38,372 bases of DNA from UHGV virus genome UHGV-0143060. One strand, written 5' to 3'. Under the pieces are notes generated by a model. The model was not told the DNA's origin, did no database searches, and saw only the letters and a list, made by a program, of their open reading frames with translations. Source of the DNA: a virus. This document shows, piece by piece, positions 10,263-21,542 of this stretch. Position 1 is the stretch's first letter. Every line of letters begins with the position of its first letter. The position numbers were made by a program, and so were the translations under genes.

Positions 10263-10958
10263 TTAAAACAGTGAACCAAGAAGACCAAGACCGCCGCCAA
10301 CAGCGGCACCAATACCAGTACCAATACCGGGAACAATGCTGCCAAGCTGTGCTCCAGCAATTGCTCCAGAGGCAGCCCCGCCTATTGCAGATTGAAGGCC
10401 GGAAGGTCTATTAGCGTTTGCCGCCGCCAGTGCCGCGCTTTGCTGTGAAATCTGGCTCATGTTGTTGGCATATGTTTGCCCGGCGTTTGCCTGCCCCTGA
10501 AGAGCGCCAAGACCAATATTTGCCAGATTCTGGTAGTTGTTCATCTGGCCAGACAGCCACTGCTGACCAAGCGTTGGTGCGATTGTTGCTAACTGATTAC
10601 TGGTTGCGGTGGAACCTAATCCACCTGTTGCTTCCGCTGCCGCCAGACTCTGATAGCGCGCCTGACCAGCAAGGTCTTTGTACTGCTGAGAGTTGTAATA
10701 CTGGTTAAGCGCCTGACCTTGCCCCTCCAGAGACGATAAGTTCTCGAGGCTGCCGACATACTTCTCAGCCAGAGGAGTAAACGGTTTCAGGTTGTTCATG
10801 ATGGTGTTGAACTGCTGATTTTGCAGGTCTGCGGCATACTTCTGAGCTTCTGCTGCATACTTTGCGCTTTTATCAGAACTGCCACCTTTCCCGCCTTTTT
10901 CAGGGTAATAAGGTTCCTCGCCGCGCAGTTTTCTGCCCAGCTTAAATGCATATAACAT
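10263..10958 (-). CDS. Ejection protein, P22 gp7-like
   Basis: 231 aa, Gly/Ala/Gln-rich, in the gp7 position. Confidence 0.7.
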   Translation of the reverse strand: MLYAFKLGRKLRGEEPYYPEKGGKGGSSDKSAKYAAEAQKYAADLQNQQFNTIMNNLKPFTPLAEKYVGSLENLSSLEGQGQALNQYYNSQQYKDLAGQARYQSLAAAEATGGLGSTATSNQLATIAPTLGQQWLSGQMNNYQNLANIGLGALQGQANAGQTYANNMSQISQQSAALAAANANRPSGLQSAIGGAASGAIAGAQLGSIVPGIGTGIGAAVGGGLGLLGSLF

Positions 10959-10960
10959 GG

Positions 10961-11416
10961 CTATCTCCTGTGATTCAGGAAGTCGATTAGTTCTTCGCGT
11001 GTGGCGCTGTAAAACGTCACGTCATCCACGCCTTTGAAGTATTTCTTGATGGTCCCTACACGCTTAAGGCCAATCATTGCGCAGTACATCTGCCCGTGGC
11101 GGAATTTGCGCGCAGCGAACGATGTGACGCACTGAACGGTGGTGTTAGTCAGAATGTATCGCCAGAACGCCAGCCCGATTTCCTTGCTGAAGCCGCGAAT
11201 CTCTGGCAGGTACATGGCGTGGCAATCAAAGGTTAGCGGCTGAATCTCCTGATAGTAAACAATTCCGCCGAACTGCCCGTGCACGTTCACCTCAAAGTAA
11301 CGGTAATCAGGTTTGTAGTCGTATCCATCACCGTTGTTGCTCCCGGCGATAATGTCAGGGTGATTTCCTACGGCTTCTATCAGGTCGATGTTTCGCGTTG
11401 GTTTGAATGTAATCAT
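10961..11416 (-). CDS. P22 gp14-like virion protein
   Basis: 151 aa between the tail needle and gp7 homologues. Confidence 0.6.
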   Translation of the reverse strand: MITFKPTRNIDLIEAVGNHPDIIAGSNNGDGYDYKPDYRYFEVNVHGQFGGIVYYQEIQPLTFDCHAMYLPEIRGFSKEIGLAFWRYILTNTTVQCVTSFAARKFRHGQMYCAMIGLKRVGTIKKYFKGVDDVTFYSATREELIDFLNHRR

Positions 11417-12117
11417 CAGTCAATCAGCCCATGTAATCTAAGTGCCGTTTCAAGCGCCAGAATACGCTGCCGCGCCTGCTGCAACCCTGTAGCGAGGGCT
11501 GCGACTTCGGATTGTGTGTACGTAGTGCCGACTGTGTATGACTGGTTAGCGTTGAATGAGCCCAAAAGAGGTGTACCTGTGGCTGCAGTCCATCCGGTAT
11601 TTCTTGCTCCAACAACCTGAATTCCATCAACTGAATATGATGTTTTTACATCCAGCGGTGACGCAAGAGACTGCGATTCGGTTACGGTTTTCGATACGTA
11701 ATCACTCTTAATGCCAGAGACATCGTTTTCTACGTCATCCAGCATTTGGTCAACAGTGACCAGATGCGCCTGAATATCGATAACCTCATCCAGCAAGTAA
11801 TCAACATCGCTACGTAGTATGACTATCTTCCCTTCGGCGGTTGTTAACCTGACCTCAAGGAGATTTATCGCTTTTGTGTTTGCGGTGATTCTTGCGTCGT
11901 GATCAGCCAGTTCGACATCCTGTTCATCGTTTTTTACCTGGGCATCGTAAGCGCCCTGACCAGCCTGATTTGCCTTCCCGGCAATTGCGCCGACATCAGC
12001 CCCCTGATTAATGACATACAACAGGTAAGACTGGCTGAATATATTGCGTGGAAGGATTGATGTATCGAGCCGCGTCGCCTGCACAATAACAGGGGTGTTG
12101 AGATTCGAATCAGCCAT
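11416..12117 (-). CDS. Tail needle, P22 gp26-like
   Basis: 233 aa; N-terminus [35 protein letters not shown] and C-terminus [18 protein letters not shown] resemble P22 gp26. Confidence 0.85.
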   Translation of the reverse strand: MADSNLNTPVIVQATRLDTSILPRNIFSQSYLLYVINQGADVGAIAGKANQAGQGAYDAQVKNDEQDVELADHDARITANTKAINLLEVRLTTAEGKIVILRSDVDYLLDEVIDIQAHLVTVDQMLDDVENDVSGIKSDYVSKTVTESQSLASPLDVKTSYSVDGIQVVGARNTGWTAATGTPLLGSFNANQSYTVGTTYTQSEVAALATGLQQARQRILALETALRLHGLID

Positions 12118-13535
12118 TACTCAATCCTTATCTGGCAACCAGACAGAGTGACAGGTGACTTCGTGATAACGCGCAATTTGAAGCCGACATTTTTCCTGAT
12201 GCGCCCGACTCGCTTCCACAAAACGCGTTTGTCGTAAACAAACGGTTCATTCTGCTCAAACATCTGCTCACGACCGTAATTGATGCCGTCAGTGGTAGCA
12301 GAGAGGAACAGGCGGTCAGCGTACTGCGCAACACCAGTTGACGATTCAACTTCAAGGTCAAACACTCTTGCGTTATCCGCTTTGAACAATGGAGTAAACA
12401 GCAGGTGTTCCTGTTGCTTGTCGTACTGGCTGCTGATATCGAACTGCAATTTACCGGTAACCGATTCCAGCTTATCGCCGCACGTTATCTGATTGCCTTC
12501 GTAAATGAAGTCGATAGCGCGGTACACATCGTCATACAGGCCTGTTTTCAGCACACACCATTGCGGACCATTAGCGCTTGAAGATGCGTCGTACACGAGT
12601 ACATGGCGCGGCAGGTGAATAATCAGCAACTCATGAGCATCAAACCGCAACGATTCCATCACGCCATCAGCCAGTTCATCAGCAGTGTAGGAGCGGAGGA
12701 TTTTCTCAATGCTCGCGCTGGCGATTGGTAACACCTGACCGGAGCCGATGATGTATACAGACGGCGCACCTGTTGCCGGATTGCTGATGAACGCATAAGA
12801 ATCAGCAAACGGCGTTTTGCAGTAAGTCCCGGCAATGCCTTTCTGCACCATCAGTGATGGCTGTGCGACATACAAAGCGGCACCAACGGTGGTTGCACCA
12901 GTCAGGGAGAAATATTCAATCGTCGATGAACCAAAGCAGACGATGAAGTCTCGCCATGTCCCGATACCGATGATGCCGTCAGGCTGAGACTCGGCACGAT
13001 ATTGTGCGCTGTAACGGTCAGGATGCGATTCGTCTTCAAGGTCAGTGATGAACCATGAATCAGTACCATCTTTTGACCACGCATAACGCCCACGTAAGCG
13101 CGTAATGTCACGAACCGAACCTAACTCATACTGCGTGAATCCGCTGTCTGTAGGCCAGTTTGAGACGGTTTTAACCGTGCCATCATAACGATACTCGACC
13201 AGTTGACCATTAACGCCTACAGCCTGAGATGTCCGACCATGCGCCATTGATACGCGACCACTTCCGGCGACGTCACCGACTTCGCTTTCGCCTTTGTAGA
13301 GCTTGCCACCACACACGCGATAGACAGCATTCTGCGCCATGTTGTACTCGACGCCTCGAGATACACCATTCACATCAGAACGTTTGGCAATGCCCGGGAA
13401 TGAGCGAAGATATCCGCTGCTGTTAAGGATTTCTTTGGGTGTAGCCAACATATTCACTGGCAGATAGTCGATATAGTCGGCGTTTCGGAAGTCTTTGCCG
13501 ACACCTTTCATGAGCGGAAGTTGCTGAATCGGCAT
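12117..13535 (-). CDS. Tail hub protein, P22 gp10-like
   Basis: 472 aa, same length and position as P22 gp10. Confidence 0.8.
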   Translation of the reverse strand: MPIQQLPLMKGVGKDFRNADYIDYLPVNMLATPKEILNSSGYLRSFPGIAKRSDVNGVSRGVEYNMAQNAVYRVCGGKLYKGESEVGDVAGSGRVSMAHGRTSQAVGVNGQLVEYRYDGTVKTVSNWPTDSGFTQYELGSVRDITRLRGRYAWSKDGTDSWFITDLEDESHPDRYSAQYRAESQPDGIIGIGTWRDFIVCFGSSTIEYFSLTGATTVGAALYVAQPSLMVQKGIAGTYCKTPFADSYAFISNPATGAPSVYIIGSGQVLPIASASIEKILRSYTADELADGVMESLRFDAHELLIIHLPRHVLVYDASSSANGPQWCVLKTGLYDDVYRAIDFIYEGNQITCGDKLESVTGKLQFDISSQYDKQQEHLLFTPLFKADNARVFDLEVESSTGVAQYADRLFLSATTDGINYGREQMFEQNEPFVYDKRVLWKRVGRIRKNVGFKLRVITKSPVTLSGCQIRIE

Positions 13536-13544
13536 TTATTCACC

Positions 13545-14006
13545 TCACGTACTCGGATCATCTTTCTCGATGTAAAACCGATTCCACGTAAACGCGCTTT
13601 TGTTACCACTACCTCGAGGCATGTCATTTCGTCGCTCAAGTGGTGGTATTTTGGTTAAAGCGATACAGATTGTCTGATATGCACTGTCAGCAGCGGTCAG
13701 GAGAGCATCCGACGGCTGAATGACGTTATCCATGCACACTTGCACAGCGAGTTTCAAAGCGACGCCATCATTTGCCCATGCAGGGATACCTGAATCATCG
13801 TCCGGTAACGGCATGATGCCGTTTTCTGTATCAGCAAACTGATACCCAAGCTCGATACCTTTAGCCTGCCATGCTGCCATCATGTCTTCGAGGTCATTAA
13901 TGGCATCTTCAATTGCCTGAGGGTCAGCATCTGTCAACGTGGCATTGGAATACAGCCCGGCTTTTCGTAAAGCCTTTAGAACGAGATCACCCTTCGTTTT
14001 CGCCAT
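13545..14006 (-). CDS. Head-to-tail adaptor, P22 gp4-like
   Basis: 153 aa immediately downstream of the coat module. Confidence 0.7.
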   Translation of the reverse strand: MAKTKGDLVLKALRKAGLYSNATLTDADPQAIEDAINDLEDMMAAWQAKGIELGYQFADTENGIMPLPDDDSGIPAWANDGVALKLAVQVCMDNVIQPSDALLTAADSAYQTICIALTKIPPLERRNDMPRGSGNKSAFTWNRFYIEKDDPST

Positions 14007-14175
14007 CTTCTTCCGCCTTAGCCACTTTTTGCTTCGCTGCGGTTTCTTCAGGAGTTTTTACCCAGCCTTTTTTCAGGTGAGATTTAACTTCTTCGTCATC
14101 AACAATGATGTAATCGACAGCAAACTGACCACAGGTGATCATGTTGCCAGGCTTATAGAGCATTGTTCGTGCCAT
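13987..14175 (-). CDS. Small hypothetical protein between coat and gp4 (about 62 aa)
   Basis: GGGAGA RBS 5 nt before the ATG at 14175; acidic C-terminus. Confidence 0.4.
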   Translation of the reverse strand: MARTMLYKPGNMITCGQFAVDYIIVDDEEVKSHLKKGWVKTPEETAAKQKVAKAEEDGENEG

Positions 14176-14192
14176 TGTCTTCTCCCAATAAA

Positions 14193-14216
14193 AATGGGGC
14201 CGAAGCCCCACTAAAA
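14193..14216 (-). terminator. Rho-independent terminator immediately after the coat gene
   Basis: GGGGCTTCGGCCCC hairpin plus TTTTT on the minus strand directly after the coat stop. Confidence 0.65.
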
Positions 14217-15470
14217 TTACTGCCCGGCAATAACGATGCCCGTATATTCAGGAACCAGTACAGAGCAACCGTACAGAGTGGTGAAACGCGCAGTGGTTAC
14301 GCCTTTGATGTGGTCGAAGGCGTAAGACATGATCAGCGTAGCGCCCTGCTCGGTGGTTGCTGTCATTACCTGTGGACCCTGACCAGTCGGGAACGCCAGT
14401 TTGCCGTACATCAGTTCAACAGAACCATCAGCCCAGAACAGGTTAGCCGGTGCGGCATTTTTGTTGAGAATGGTGATTGCTGCGCTACTTGCCGCATTAG
14501 CATCAACGTTTGCATATGGACGGCTGGCGACATCCGCGTTGTCAGGCGGCAGAATTTTCGGGGATATAGTTACTGTCGTTCCGCTAACTGCCAGAACGCG
14601 GAATACCTGCGGCTGCCCGGTGGTATCTTTGGTGATCTGGTGTACGGAATTCACCCCTGCGATGGTAAACGCATCGCCAACCTGCAAACCTTCAGCAGAT
14701 ACCGTAATGGTCCCCTGTCGGTTATCCACTGGCATATCGTTAGCATCTTTCGCTTCAACCTTGTGCGCAGGTGCTGCTGCCAGCGTAATGGAAGTTGCTG
14801 CACCCTTCGGAACACGACCAGAAATATCGGTCTTGTAGCTATCGAAGGACGCAACCGGAGGGATCTGCGCTTTTTCGTATGCTGTCAGGGTTGCGCCCTG
14901 AGCATAGGCACGGTGACCAAGCTCGCCAGCAAGGTCTTTGTAGTTGAAGGGGTTCCAGAAAGAGCGACGGTTGATACCCTGAGGTACACCAATCGCTGTC
15001 ATGGTGGCATCAATACCTGCCGCACAGTTCCACAAATCACGGCCCTGTGAACCTGTGGTTGAGTCAGCCATCGTGATCACGTTAGTAGCACGCTGCGTAA
15101 CCATGGAAATCAGGTCAGAGTCAATCTGTGCAGCAAGGCGCATACCTGCAGCGCGACCAGCTTCAGTTTTATGTTCCGGGTCACGCATTTCACGCGCATC
15201 CAGAGTGTACAGAATGTTTTTCGGCTCCTTGAACACAGAAGGAACAAGGCGCTGAACCAGTGCTGTTGGCGTTTTGCCGCTGAGGTCTAGGCCTTCCTCA
15301 ATGTTCATGTGGTAATGCTGCGGACGATACAGAACATCACCTGCTCGCTGCATTGCTGTATCACCGGGACGGAATTTTTTAGCGTTACGGGAAACTACGC
15401 AGGCGGCCTCAAAGCCTTCAACGTAGTTTTCGAACATGATTTCAAGGTCTTTTGCTAATTGGTTAGCCAT
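14217..15470 (-). CDS. Major capsid (coat) protein, P22-like HK97 fold
   Basis: 417 aa in the coat position; local resemblance to P22 gp5 (PEQRAYANVN-like, NLFWADG). Confidence 0.8.
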   Translation of the reverse strand: MANQLAKDLEIMFENYVEGFEAACVVSRNAKKFRPGDTAMQRAGDVLYRPQHYHMNIEEGLDLSGKTPTALVQRLVPSVFKEPKNILYTLDAREMRDPEHKTEAGRAAGMRLAAQIDSDLISMVTQRATNVITMADSTTGSQGRDLWNCAAGIDATMTAIGVPQGINRRSFWNPFNYKDLAGELGHRAYAQGATLTAYEKAQIPPVASFDSYKTDISGRVPKGAATSITLAAAPAHKVEAKDANDMPVDNRQGTITVSAEGLQVGDAFTIAGVNSVHQITKDTTGQPQVFRVLAVSGTTVTISPKILPPDNADVASRPYANVDANAASSAAITILNKNAAPANLFWADGSVELMYGKLAFPTGQGPQVMTATTEQGATLIMSYAFDHIKGVTTARFTTLYGCSVLVPEYTGIVIAGQ

Positions 15471-15488
15471 GCTTAATGCTCCGATAGG

Positions 15489-16382
15489 TTATTTTTTTGC
15501 CTTTTTAGCGGCGAAATACGGCGTCCAGTCACCAGTTTCCAGCGCCTTGGCTTTCAGTTTGTCGAGGTTATTGATTACTGCGCCGTTGCTCCCCTTAACT
15601 GTCGGGGTTGTGGCTGCCGTTGTTTTTGCTTTTGGCATGATTCTGGCCTTCGATTCGATACGTTCCAGCAGACGACCAATTGCTACGGGGTTGGTAGCTT
15701 CTGCCAGTTGCTTGCGCAGTTCAGCGTTGCGACCGAGTGCCAGAACAACGATTTCCGGCTTCTCTGACTCAAACAAGATCGCGTTTTGTGTCTCGATGGG
15801 GATTTCCTCGAGTACGGCCTGCTCAGCTTCCTGATAGCCAGGAACTTTGAGAGCCTTAACACGTTGCTGATATTTGGATAATCGCTCTTGATAGGCAGCC
15901 TGAAGCTCCTGCTCCTTCTGCTTGCGAGCCATCTCCTGTTGCTGGTACTTGCCGTTATCCTCTGCCCACTTAGCCATGCGTTGCTGGTAGATTTCTTCAT
16001 CGAAACCGATGTCCTCATCATCCAGTTTTGGCATTCGCGGTGGTTGAGTGATTACCGGCTGCTGCTCGACGGGTTTCTGAGACTGACGCATCAGCTCTTT
16101 CAGCTCGCGGTCTTTCTCTTTAATCGTCTTGCGCAGGTGTTTTACCAGTCCATGCTCTGCGCTATCTTCGCTGGTTGGCGAATCCAGCTTTTCGTCACCA
16201 AAGTAGAATTCCTGTTCTGATTCGTCGTCATCAGTTTCAGTAGCTTCCTCTGCATCATTGCCGGAGGACTCACTGCCATCTTCTGTTTCGACTTCTTCAG
16301 CCAGTTCGACATCATCAGGAATCTGCTCTGACGCGTCGGTTTCGATTTCAACTTCTGGTGTGTTTTCTGCCATCTGGTCCAT
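15489..16382 (-). CDS. Scaffolding protein
   Basis: 297 aa, highly acidic and charged/coiled-coil, between portal and coat. Confidence 0.8.
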   Translation of the reverse strand: MDQMAENTPEVEIETDASEQIPDDVELAEEVETEDGSESSGNDAEEATETDDDESEQEFYFGDEKLDSPTSEDSAEHGLVKHLRKTIKEKDRELKELMRQSQKPVEQQPVITQPPRMPKLDDEDIGFDEEIYQQRMAKWAEDNGKYQQQEMARKQKEQELQAAYQERLSKYQQRVKALKVPGYQEAEQAVLEEIPIETQNAILFESEKPEIVVLALGRNAELRKQLAEATNPVAIGRLLERIESKARIMPKAKTTAATTPTVKGSNGAVINNLDKLKAKALETGDWTPYFAAKKAKK

Positions 16383-16472
16383 TTGTTACCCCTGTTTACT
16401 CGATGTTCAGCCCATCGGAAGGCAATAGGGTGCCAGGCCTCATAAAGACAGCCATTGCACGTTATGGGTTAA

Positions 16473-18671
16473 TTACTGCTGTGATTGTTGCTGAGTTGAT
16501 TTTTTCAGGATGCTGCTGATGTCCATGCGCTGCGCATGGCCCTGTGCCTGACTTTTCAGGACAAGCTCTGCATCAGCACGGGCATTGTCTCCTTGCTGTT
16601 GCTGGAACTGCCCGAGCAGTTTCAGAGCCTCACGGATATCAGATTTTTGCTGGCTATCGGCAGATGCGAGGATTTTCACAACGTTTGCCGCTGCAACCTG
16701 AGCATCAGTCTGTGCCTGGAATGCTTTAACCTGAATGGCTGCCTGTTCGTTCTGCGCTTTCTGCAATTCAGCCTGACCTGCAAGAAGCTGACCTTGCGCT
16801 GCAACCATAGCCGGATCTGGCTGACTGGCCTGTTGTTGTTTCGCCTGTTCAACCATCTGCTGTTCTTCAGGCGTTCTCGGCTTGATAACGCCAGACAGAA
16901 GCAACTGATTGCGGTTGTATTCTTTCAGGTCGTCCATCCCTTCGCCGTCCATATTGTCGAGAATCATCGACGATACAAGGTCGTGCTTCGGCGTTCCTGG
17001 TGGGATAAGTGCCAGCATGGAAAGTAACGACTTAACCGTTGCGTCACGGCGAGTAGCGAACGACTGACCGACATCGACAGTCACTTCATAGTTACCCTGC
17101 GAAAGGTCGTTAAGTGCGATAACCTGCCCTGTCTGACGGTCAACCACTTCACCAGTCATCAGCGCCACGTCATCGCTGCCGTCCTCATTAACGATGCGCA
17201 TCGGCGTATCGCTGCCATAGACTTCACGCGCCATAGAAAGCCACACGACGCCAGCACGGCGCATGGATTTAGCCATGTTGTCCATGTAGATATAGGACTG
17301 CGTGTCCATCCTGTTAAAGATGCTATCAACGGTATCGGTGGCGACGTTGCTCGGCATGTTCTCAAGCTGCGACGCACCTGTAATTTGCTGAATAGCTGTT
17401 CCGGTGTACTGCAATAGCCCGGCAAGAGCAGGAGGCATTTGTGTCGGAGGTGTATAACTGCTGACCTGAGCCTGCGCAGTAATATCTCCGTTTTTGTTTT
17501 TCAGACTTACCATCGGCAGAAACGCCGGGCGCTTTTTGTTGCGCTCCGCCCAATGAGTGGCAAGAGGACCAGGAATCATGTCAACATCAACTACAGGAAT
17601 GCCATCTCCGCCAGCCTGAGTGGCGTTATCTGCAATCATGGAAACCATCAGGTTCTCAAGACGCTGTGCATCCATCGCTTTTGCTGCGTGGCCTTCGATT
17701 CGCTCCTGATTATCAACAAATGAGCGACGCCCATATACCGGGATGAGAGGAATATGTTCACCCGGAATACGCTTCGGTTCTTCCAGCCATTCAGCGCCAG
17801 ACAGAAGACCGCAATAAACGCGGCGCTTCTTCACCGTTCGCTCGCCAATCAGTTCGAATGCACCATCGGTCAGTTCGTCGACAATACCTTTGATTTGCTC
17901 TTCATCATAGATTGCCGTTTCTCCGCTAACAGGGTTGCGCCACGCCGTGAGCTTCACCTTCTCTATGCGAACTTCGTAGTAACGTCCAACATAGATGGCG
18001 TCAGGCGTTGACCAGTCATACTGAGTACCAGTGTCATCACGAGAAAGACTTGCCGCGATGGAATCAGGGTATTCAGCCTCGAACGCTTTAGGCGTCATGG
18101 AGAACATTTCCATAGCCCACATAGCATCAGAGCGGTCATATTGCTTGCTGTCCTGATCGAAGAAAACGCATGTCGCTGGGTCGTAAACAGGAAGAAGGCT
18201 GATGCGTCGCTGCTCGTTACTTGGGTCCATTTCATCTTCGTAATCGGCACACATGCGGAAACAACCGAATCCGCCCGTTACAGCATCATCAAATGCGTTA
18301 TCACACGCTTCGCCACCGGATGTTTCCTGATAGTCAGCGCGGAATTTGCCGTTCATCTTTTCAGCTAACGCTTCCGATGCCTTGTCATCCTTCGGCCTGA
18401 ATTTAACGCTGATGCGATTCTGTCGATACTCGCCAATGATGCGATCACATTCACGGGCAATCTTATTCAATTCAAAACGCGGATAATGCTCGAACCTGCC
18501 TTCATCAAATGAGTAACCAGCGTTTGTGCTGCCTTCCCACTGTGCTCCGGACACCCGGACGAAACGTTGAGCCTCAATAATCTGCTCACGCATATCCTGC
18601 GTTGCTGACCAGGCATTATCAAAGTTGCACAGCACCTTGCGATGCCAGTCAGTCATCTTTTTTTCTGCCAT
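16473..18671 (-). CDS. Portal protein
   Basis: 732 aa downstream of the large terminase; Q-rich C-terminal barrel-like tail as in P22 gp1. Confidence 0.85.
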   Translation of the reverse strand: MAEKKMTDWHRKVLCNFDNAWSATQDMREQIIEAQRFVRVSGAQWEGSTNAGYSFDEGRFEHYPRFELNKIARECDRIIGEYRQNRISVKFRPKDDKASEALAEKMNGKFRADYQETSGGEACDNAFDDAVTGGFGCFRMCADYEDEMDPSNEQRRISLLPVYDPATCVFFDQDSKQYDRSDAMWAMEMFSMTPKAFEAEYPDSIAASLSRDDTGTQYDWSTPDAIYVGRYYEVRIEKVKLTAWRNPVSGETAIYDEEQIKGIVDELTDGAFELIGERTVKKRRVYCGLLSGAEWLEEPKRIPGEHIPLIPVYGRRSFVDNQERIEGHAAKAMDAQRLENLMVSMIADNATQAGGDGIPVVDVDMIPGPLATHWAERNKKRPAFLPMVSLKNKNGDITAQAQVSSYTPPTQMPPALAGLLQYTGTAIQQITGASQLENMPSNVATDTVDSIFNRMDTQSYIYMDNMAKSMRRAGVVWLSMAREVYGSDTPMRIVNEDGSDDVALMTGEVVDRQTGQVIALNDLSQGNYEVTVDVGQSFATRRDATVKSLLSMLALIPPGTPKHDLVSSMILDNMDGEGMDDLKEYNRNQLLLSGVIKPRTPEEQQMVEQAKQQQASQPDPAMVAAQGQLLAGQAELQKAQNEQAAIQVKAFQAQTDAQVAAANVVKILASADSQQKSDIREALKLLGQFQQQQGDNARADAELVLKSQAQGHAQRMDISSILKKSTQQQSQQ

Positions 18672-18672
18672 A

Positions 18673-20088
18673 TCAACCTACACCACAAGGAATTGAGTAA
18701 CTGGAATAGTCGGGTTGCGCAGCCGACTCTGGGCAATGCATACACATCATCAGCGCATCAGCCAGGTTAGGAGATGGAATACCGAGCTTCTGCTTCATTT
18801 CGACCTTAGTCATAAGCTCCAGCTTCCCGTTGTTATTGAATTTGCGCTGAATCTGCGTCAGTTCTGCAAACAGCTTCTCCAGCATCTTCTCGCCTATCGC
18901 CTCTTTGTCGAAACTCAGCATGTAGTCGGGGTCTGCATACTCACCGTGGACAACCGCCCGATATGTCAGATACAGCCTGTCAGCCAGCGCATAATAGAAT
19001 TGCGCTCGCTTATTGCGGAACACATCGCCAATAGTGCGAACGTTGTCACCCTGTACGACTTCATCAGCCCATGCTCCGGCCTGATACGGCGCATCTTCAT
19101 CGAATGGCGATTCGCTGCCCTTGAACATCGTGGCGGTGATTTTCTTGCCGGAGAACGCTTCCGTTGTCTGTCTGCGTAGGCCCGCACCGACGCCATCACC
19201 ATCCCACAGGTAATGGTCAGCGCCGTCTTCAATCGCCAGCGAAGTAGCCCAGTCAGCACCCTCGTTGATGTCCATCAGCAGACCTTCGGCAATGCGCTTA
19301 ACTACCGAACCGTGACGCGATGCATAACCTTTAGCATCTGGCCCTGTATCTGATGGGTCATGCGCAGAGACAACAGCGCCTTTCGCTTTCCATCCGAGTT
19401 TCTTGTGCGCATCGGTTGCGGCTTCAAGCCATTCACGTTTGATGATTGCCATATCACTTGCGCTTACTGGCTCACCAAGCCAGATGTGACGATACAGTGT
19501 CGGATTTCTGCGTTTGCACTCTTCCATCTCCAGACGGAGAACTTCAGGAAAGTGCGGGTTGTCGGTGTAGTTCACCGTCAGCAGACAAATATCATCAGGA
19601 GGATTTACGACGAATCGCTGATAGGTATCGTCGAGGATGTTCTTCGGGTTAAAGCTCACCCATATTTCAGAGAACGGCTTACGGATGGTTGGTATCAGGA
19701 TATCCCATGATTCCTTCGTTACCGCCTCCGCTTCTTCCACCCAGCAGATATCAATACCTTCGAGCGATTTAATCTTCGTCGGGTTGTTTTTGATGCCGTA
19801 GAACATGAATTCAGCGTTCGTTCCGAGATGACGAATCATTGAACGCTGAATTTCAAACTCAGCCGAATACCCTTCCCGCTCGATGGTGTCTTCAAGCAAC
19901 CGGATTACCGAATCGCTGATACTGTTTTGCAGTTCACGAGCGCAGAGAATACGCACAGGCTGCCGACGCGCCGCCTCAACAAGCAGCCTCGCAATTGCCC
20001 ATGATTTACCGCTACCTCGACCGCCTTTGGCGACTTTGTAGCGATGCGCCTCAATGAACGGTTCAAAGATAGGATTAATCGAGGTCAT
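18673..20088 (-). CDS. Terminase large subunit
   Basis: 471 aa with Walker A-like VAKGGRGSGKSWA; stop/start overlap with the small subunit. Confidence 0.85.
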   Translation of the reverse strand: MTSINPIFEPFIEAHRYKVAKGGRGSGKSWAIARLLVEAARRQPVRILCARELQNSISDSVIRLLEDTIEREGYSAEFEIQRSMIRHLGTNAEFMFYGIKNNPTKIKSLEGIDICWVEEAEAVTKESWDILIPTIRKPFSEIWVSFNPKNILDDTYQRFVVNPPDDICLLTVNYTDNPHFPEVLRLEMEECKRRNPTLYRHIWLGEPVSASDMAIIKREWLEAATDAHKKLGWKAKGAVVSAHDPSDTGPDAKGYASRHGSVVKRIAEGLLMDINEGADWATSLAIEDGADHYLWDGDGVGAGLRRQTTEAFSGKKITATMFKGSESPFDEDAPYQAGAWADEVVQGDNVRTIGDVFRNKRAQFYYALADRLYLTYRAVVHGEYADPDYMLSFDKEAIGEKMLEKLFAELTQIQRKFNNNGKLELMTKVEMKQKLGIPSPNLADALMMCMHCPESAAQPDYSSYSIPCGVG

Positions 20089-20525
20089 TTTCCGAATAGA
20101 GTGCTCATCGGTGATGTTTCAATCTGGATTGCGCCGCCGTCTTTGCCTGTTAATTCGTGATCAACCTTGTCGCGCCATTTATCCTTCTGTCGGTTCTTAA
20201 GCCAGAAAATGGCAGCGGTTGTATCAGGCGGGTAATACTTCTCAAGCGGAGTTTCGACAATTCTGTTTTCAATAACACGAATATCGATATCTGGAGCCAC
20301 GAAGCCCATAGCGCGTTGATAAAGACGATCACTAACTTCTGCATCAGCGACGGCCTTACCCTTTTTTATGGACTCTAAAAACTCCGGATATTCCAATTTC
20401 CAATTGTTGATTGTTGCCTCGCTCACTTCAAAGAAGTCCGCGAGTTCGGCATCTGTATAGCCCAGCAAGCACAGTTTGCGTGCCTGTTCGGCATACGCCT
20501 CTTGATACTTTGTTGGGCGCGCCAT
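20085..20525 (-). CDS. Terminase small subunit
   Basis: 146 aa with HTH-like N-terminus directly upstream of TerL. Confidence 0.75.
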   Translation of the reverse strand: MARPTKYQEAYAEQARKLCLLGYTDAELADFFEVSEATINNWKLEYPEFLESIKKGKAVADAEVSDRLYQRAMGFVAPDIDIRVIENRIVETPLEKYYPPDTTAAIFWLKNRQKDKWRDKVDHELTGKDGGAIQIETSPMSTLFGK

Positions 20526-20527
20526 GT

Positions 20528-20770
20528 TTATGCTCCGGTAGTGAACAGGTCTAACGCTTCCTTCGATTTACGCACCGCTTCTAATGTGCGGATCGTGATA
20601 TCTGAATTAGCGCCGCCTGACTGGAAGTGAATTTTGAACAGTTCAAGCTTCAGTTCGTCAGTACCAATGAACTGAAATGCTTCCTCTGCGGCTGCGTTCT
20701 GGTTCATGACCAGCTTGTAAATCTCTAACTGGAATTTCTGTTCTTCAGTCATGGGAATAATCTCTGCCAT
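20528..20770 (-). CDS. Hypothetical protein upstream of the terminase genes
   Basis: 80-aa ORF immediately upstream of and co-oriented with TerS. Confidence 0.45.
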   Translation of the reverse strand: MAEIIPMTEEQKFQLEIYKLVMNQNAAAEEAFQFIGTDELKLELFKIHFQSGGANSDITIRTLEAVRKSKEALDLFTTGA

Positions 20771-21074
20771 TGTTGGCTCCGTTTATCCGTTAAAAGGGAT
20801 ATCAGTTAAGTTATCCCGTGTAGGGTATAAGCCATTATCAAAGCCACTCTGTAGGGAGTGGCTTTTGTAATGGCAATAAAAAGCCCCGCGAATGCAAGGC
20901 TAAATCCTGGTATTTGTAATGACTGGCTCTTATCTCAACGCAGCCCCTTACCGCGCGCCAGATGCTCAATATCAAGCATCAGCAATGAGATGTTTAATCT
21001 GGATTCACTCCAGAAGTGATCACCATCCTGTCTACAGAGCCAGATGTGAAGGATGATGAGTAAAATTATCGCTA

Positions 21075-21542
21075 TCATCGAAGGCATTGCGTCCTGATGT
21101 ATTCCTGAAGCGTTCTCAGTGCTGTTTGGTCGCGGATAATTCCGTCCCGGATACCGAGAACGTTTCGTCCAGCAACTGGAGAGAGTTCGACGGTGGCATC
21201 ATTGCCCATGCCGGAGGCGCTGGAGGTTTCGGCTGAGGATGGCACAGAGCATTTTCCTTTGACGAGCACCCGACCACCATTATCAAGCTTGCGCCGAAGA
21301 GCATCATTTTCAGCTTTCGCATCAGCTAACTCCTTCGTGTATTTAGCATCGAGTGCATCAGCAGCACGCTGGCGCTGCTGCATGTCAGTAATGGTGGCAG
21401 TCGCCTGCTTCAGCTCACTGACTTTTTTATCGCGCTGCTCTTTGTAGGCGATGGCGTTATCACGGTAATGATTAACAGCCCATGACAGGCAGACGATGAT
21501 GAAGATAATCAGAGCGGAGATAATCGCGGTTATTCTGCTCAT
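21075..21542 (-). CDS. Rz: Rz i-spanin
   Basis: [34 protein letters not shown]... close to lambda Rz. Confidence 0.9.
   Translation of the reverse strand: MSRITAIISALIIFIIVCLSWAVNHYRDNAIAYKEQRDKKVSELKQATATITDMQQRQRAADALDAKYTKELADAKAENDALRRKLDNGGRVLVKGKCSVPSSAETSSASGMGNDATVELSPVAGRNVLGIRDGIIRDQTALRTLQEYIRTQCLR
21116..21322 (-). CDS. Rz1: Rz1 o-spanin lipoprotein (embedded in Rz, +1 frame)
   Basis: [10 protein letters not shown] lipobox followed by Pro-rich [11 protein letters not shown]; the start may be an internal Met. Confidence 0.75.
   Translation of the reverse strand: MRKLKMMLFGASLIMVVGCSSKENALCHPQPKPPAPPAWAMMPPSNSLQLLDETFSVSGTELSATKQH

Noticed and set aside
14163-15050. 295-aa + strand ORF, plus other 60-160-aa antisense ORFs inside coat, portal, terminase, gp10 and tailspike genes
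   Set aside because: They lie fully inside well-supported minus-strand structural genes in the opposite or an alternate frame, with Cys/Arg-rich low-complexity translations and no RBS; typical antisense artefacts.
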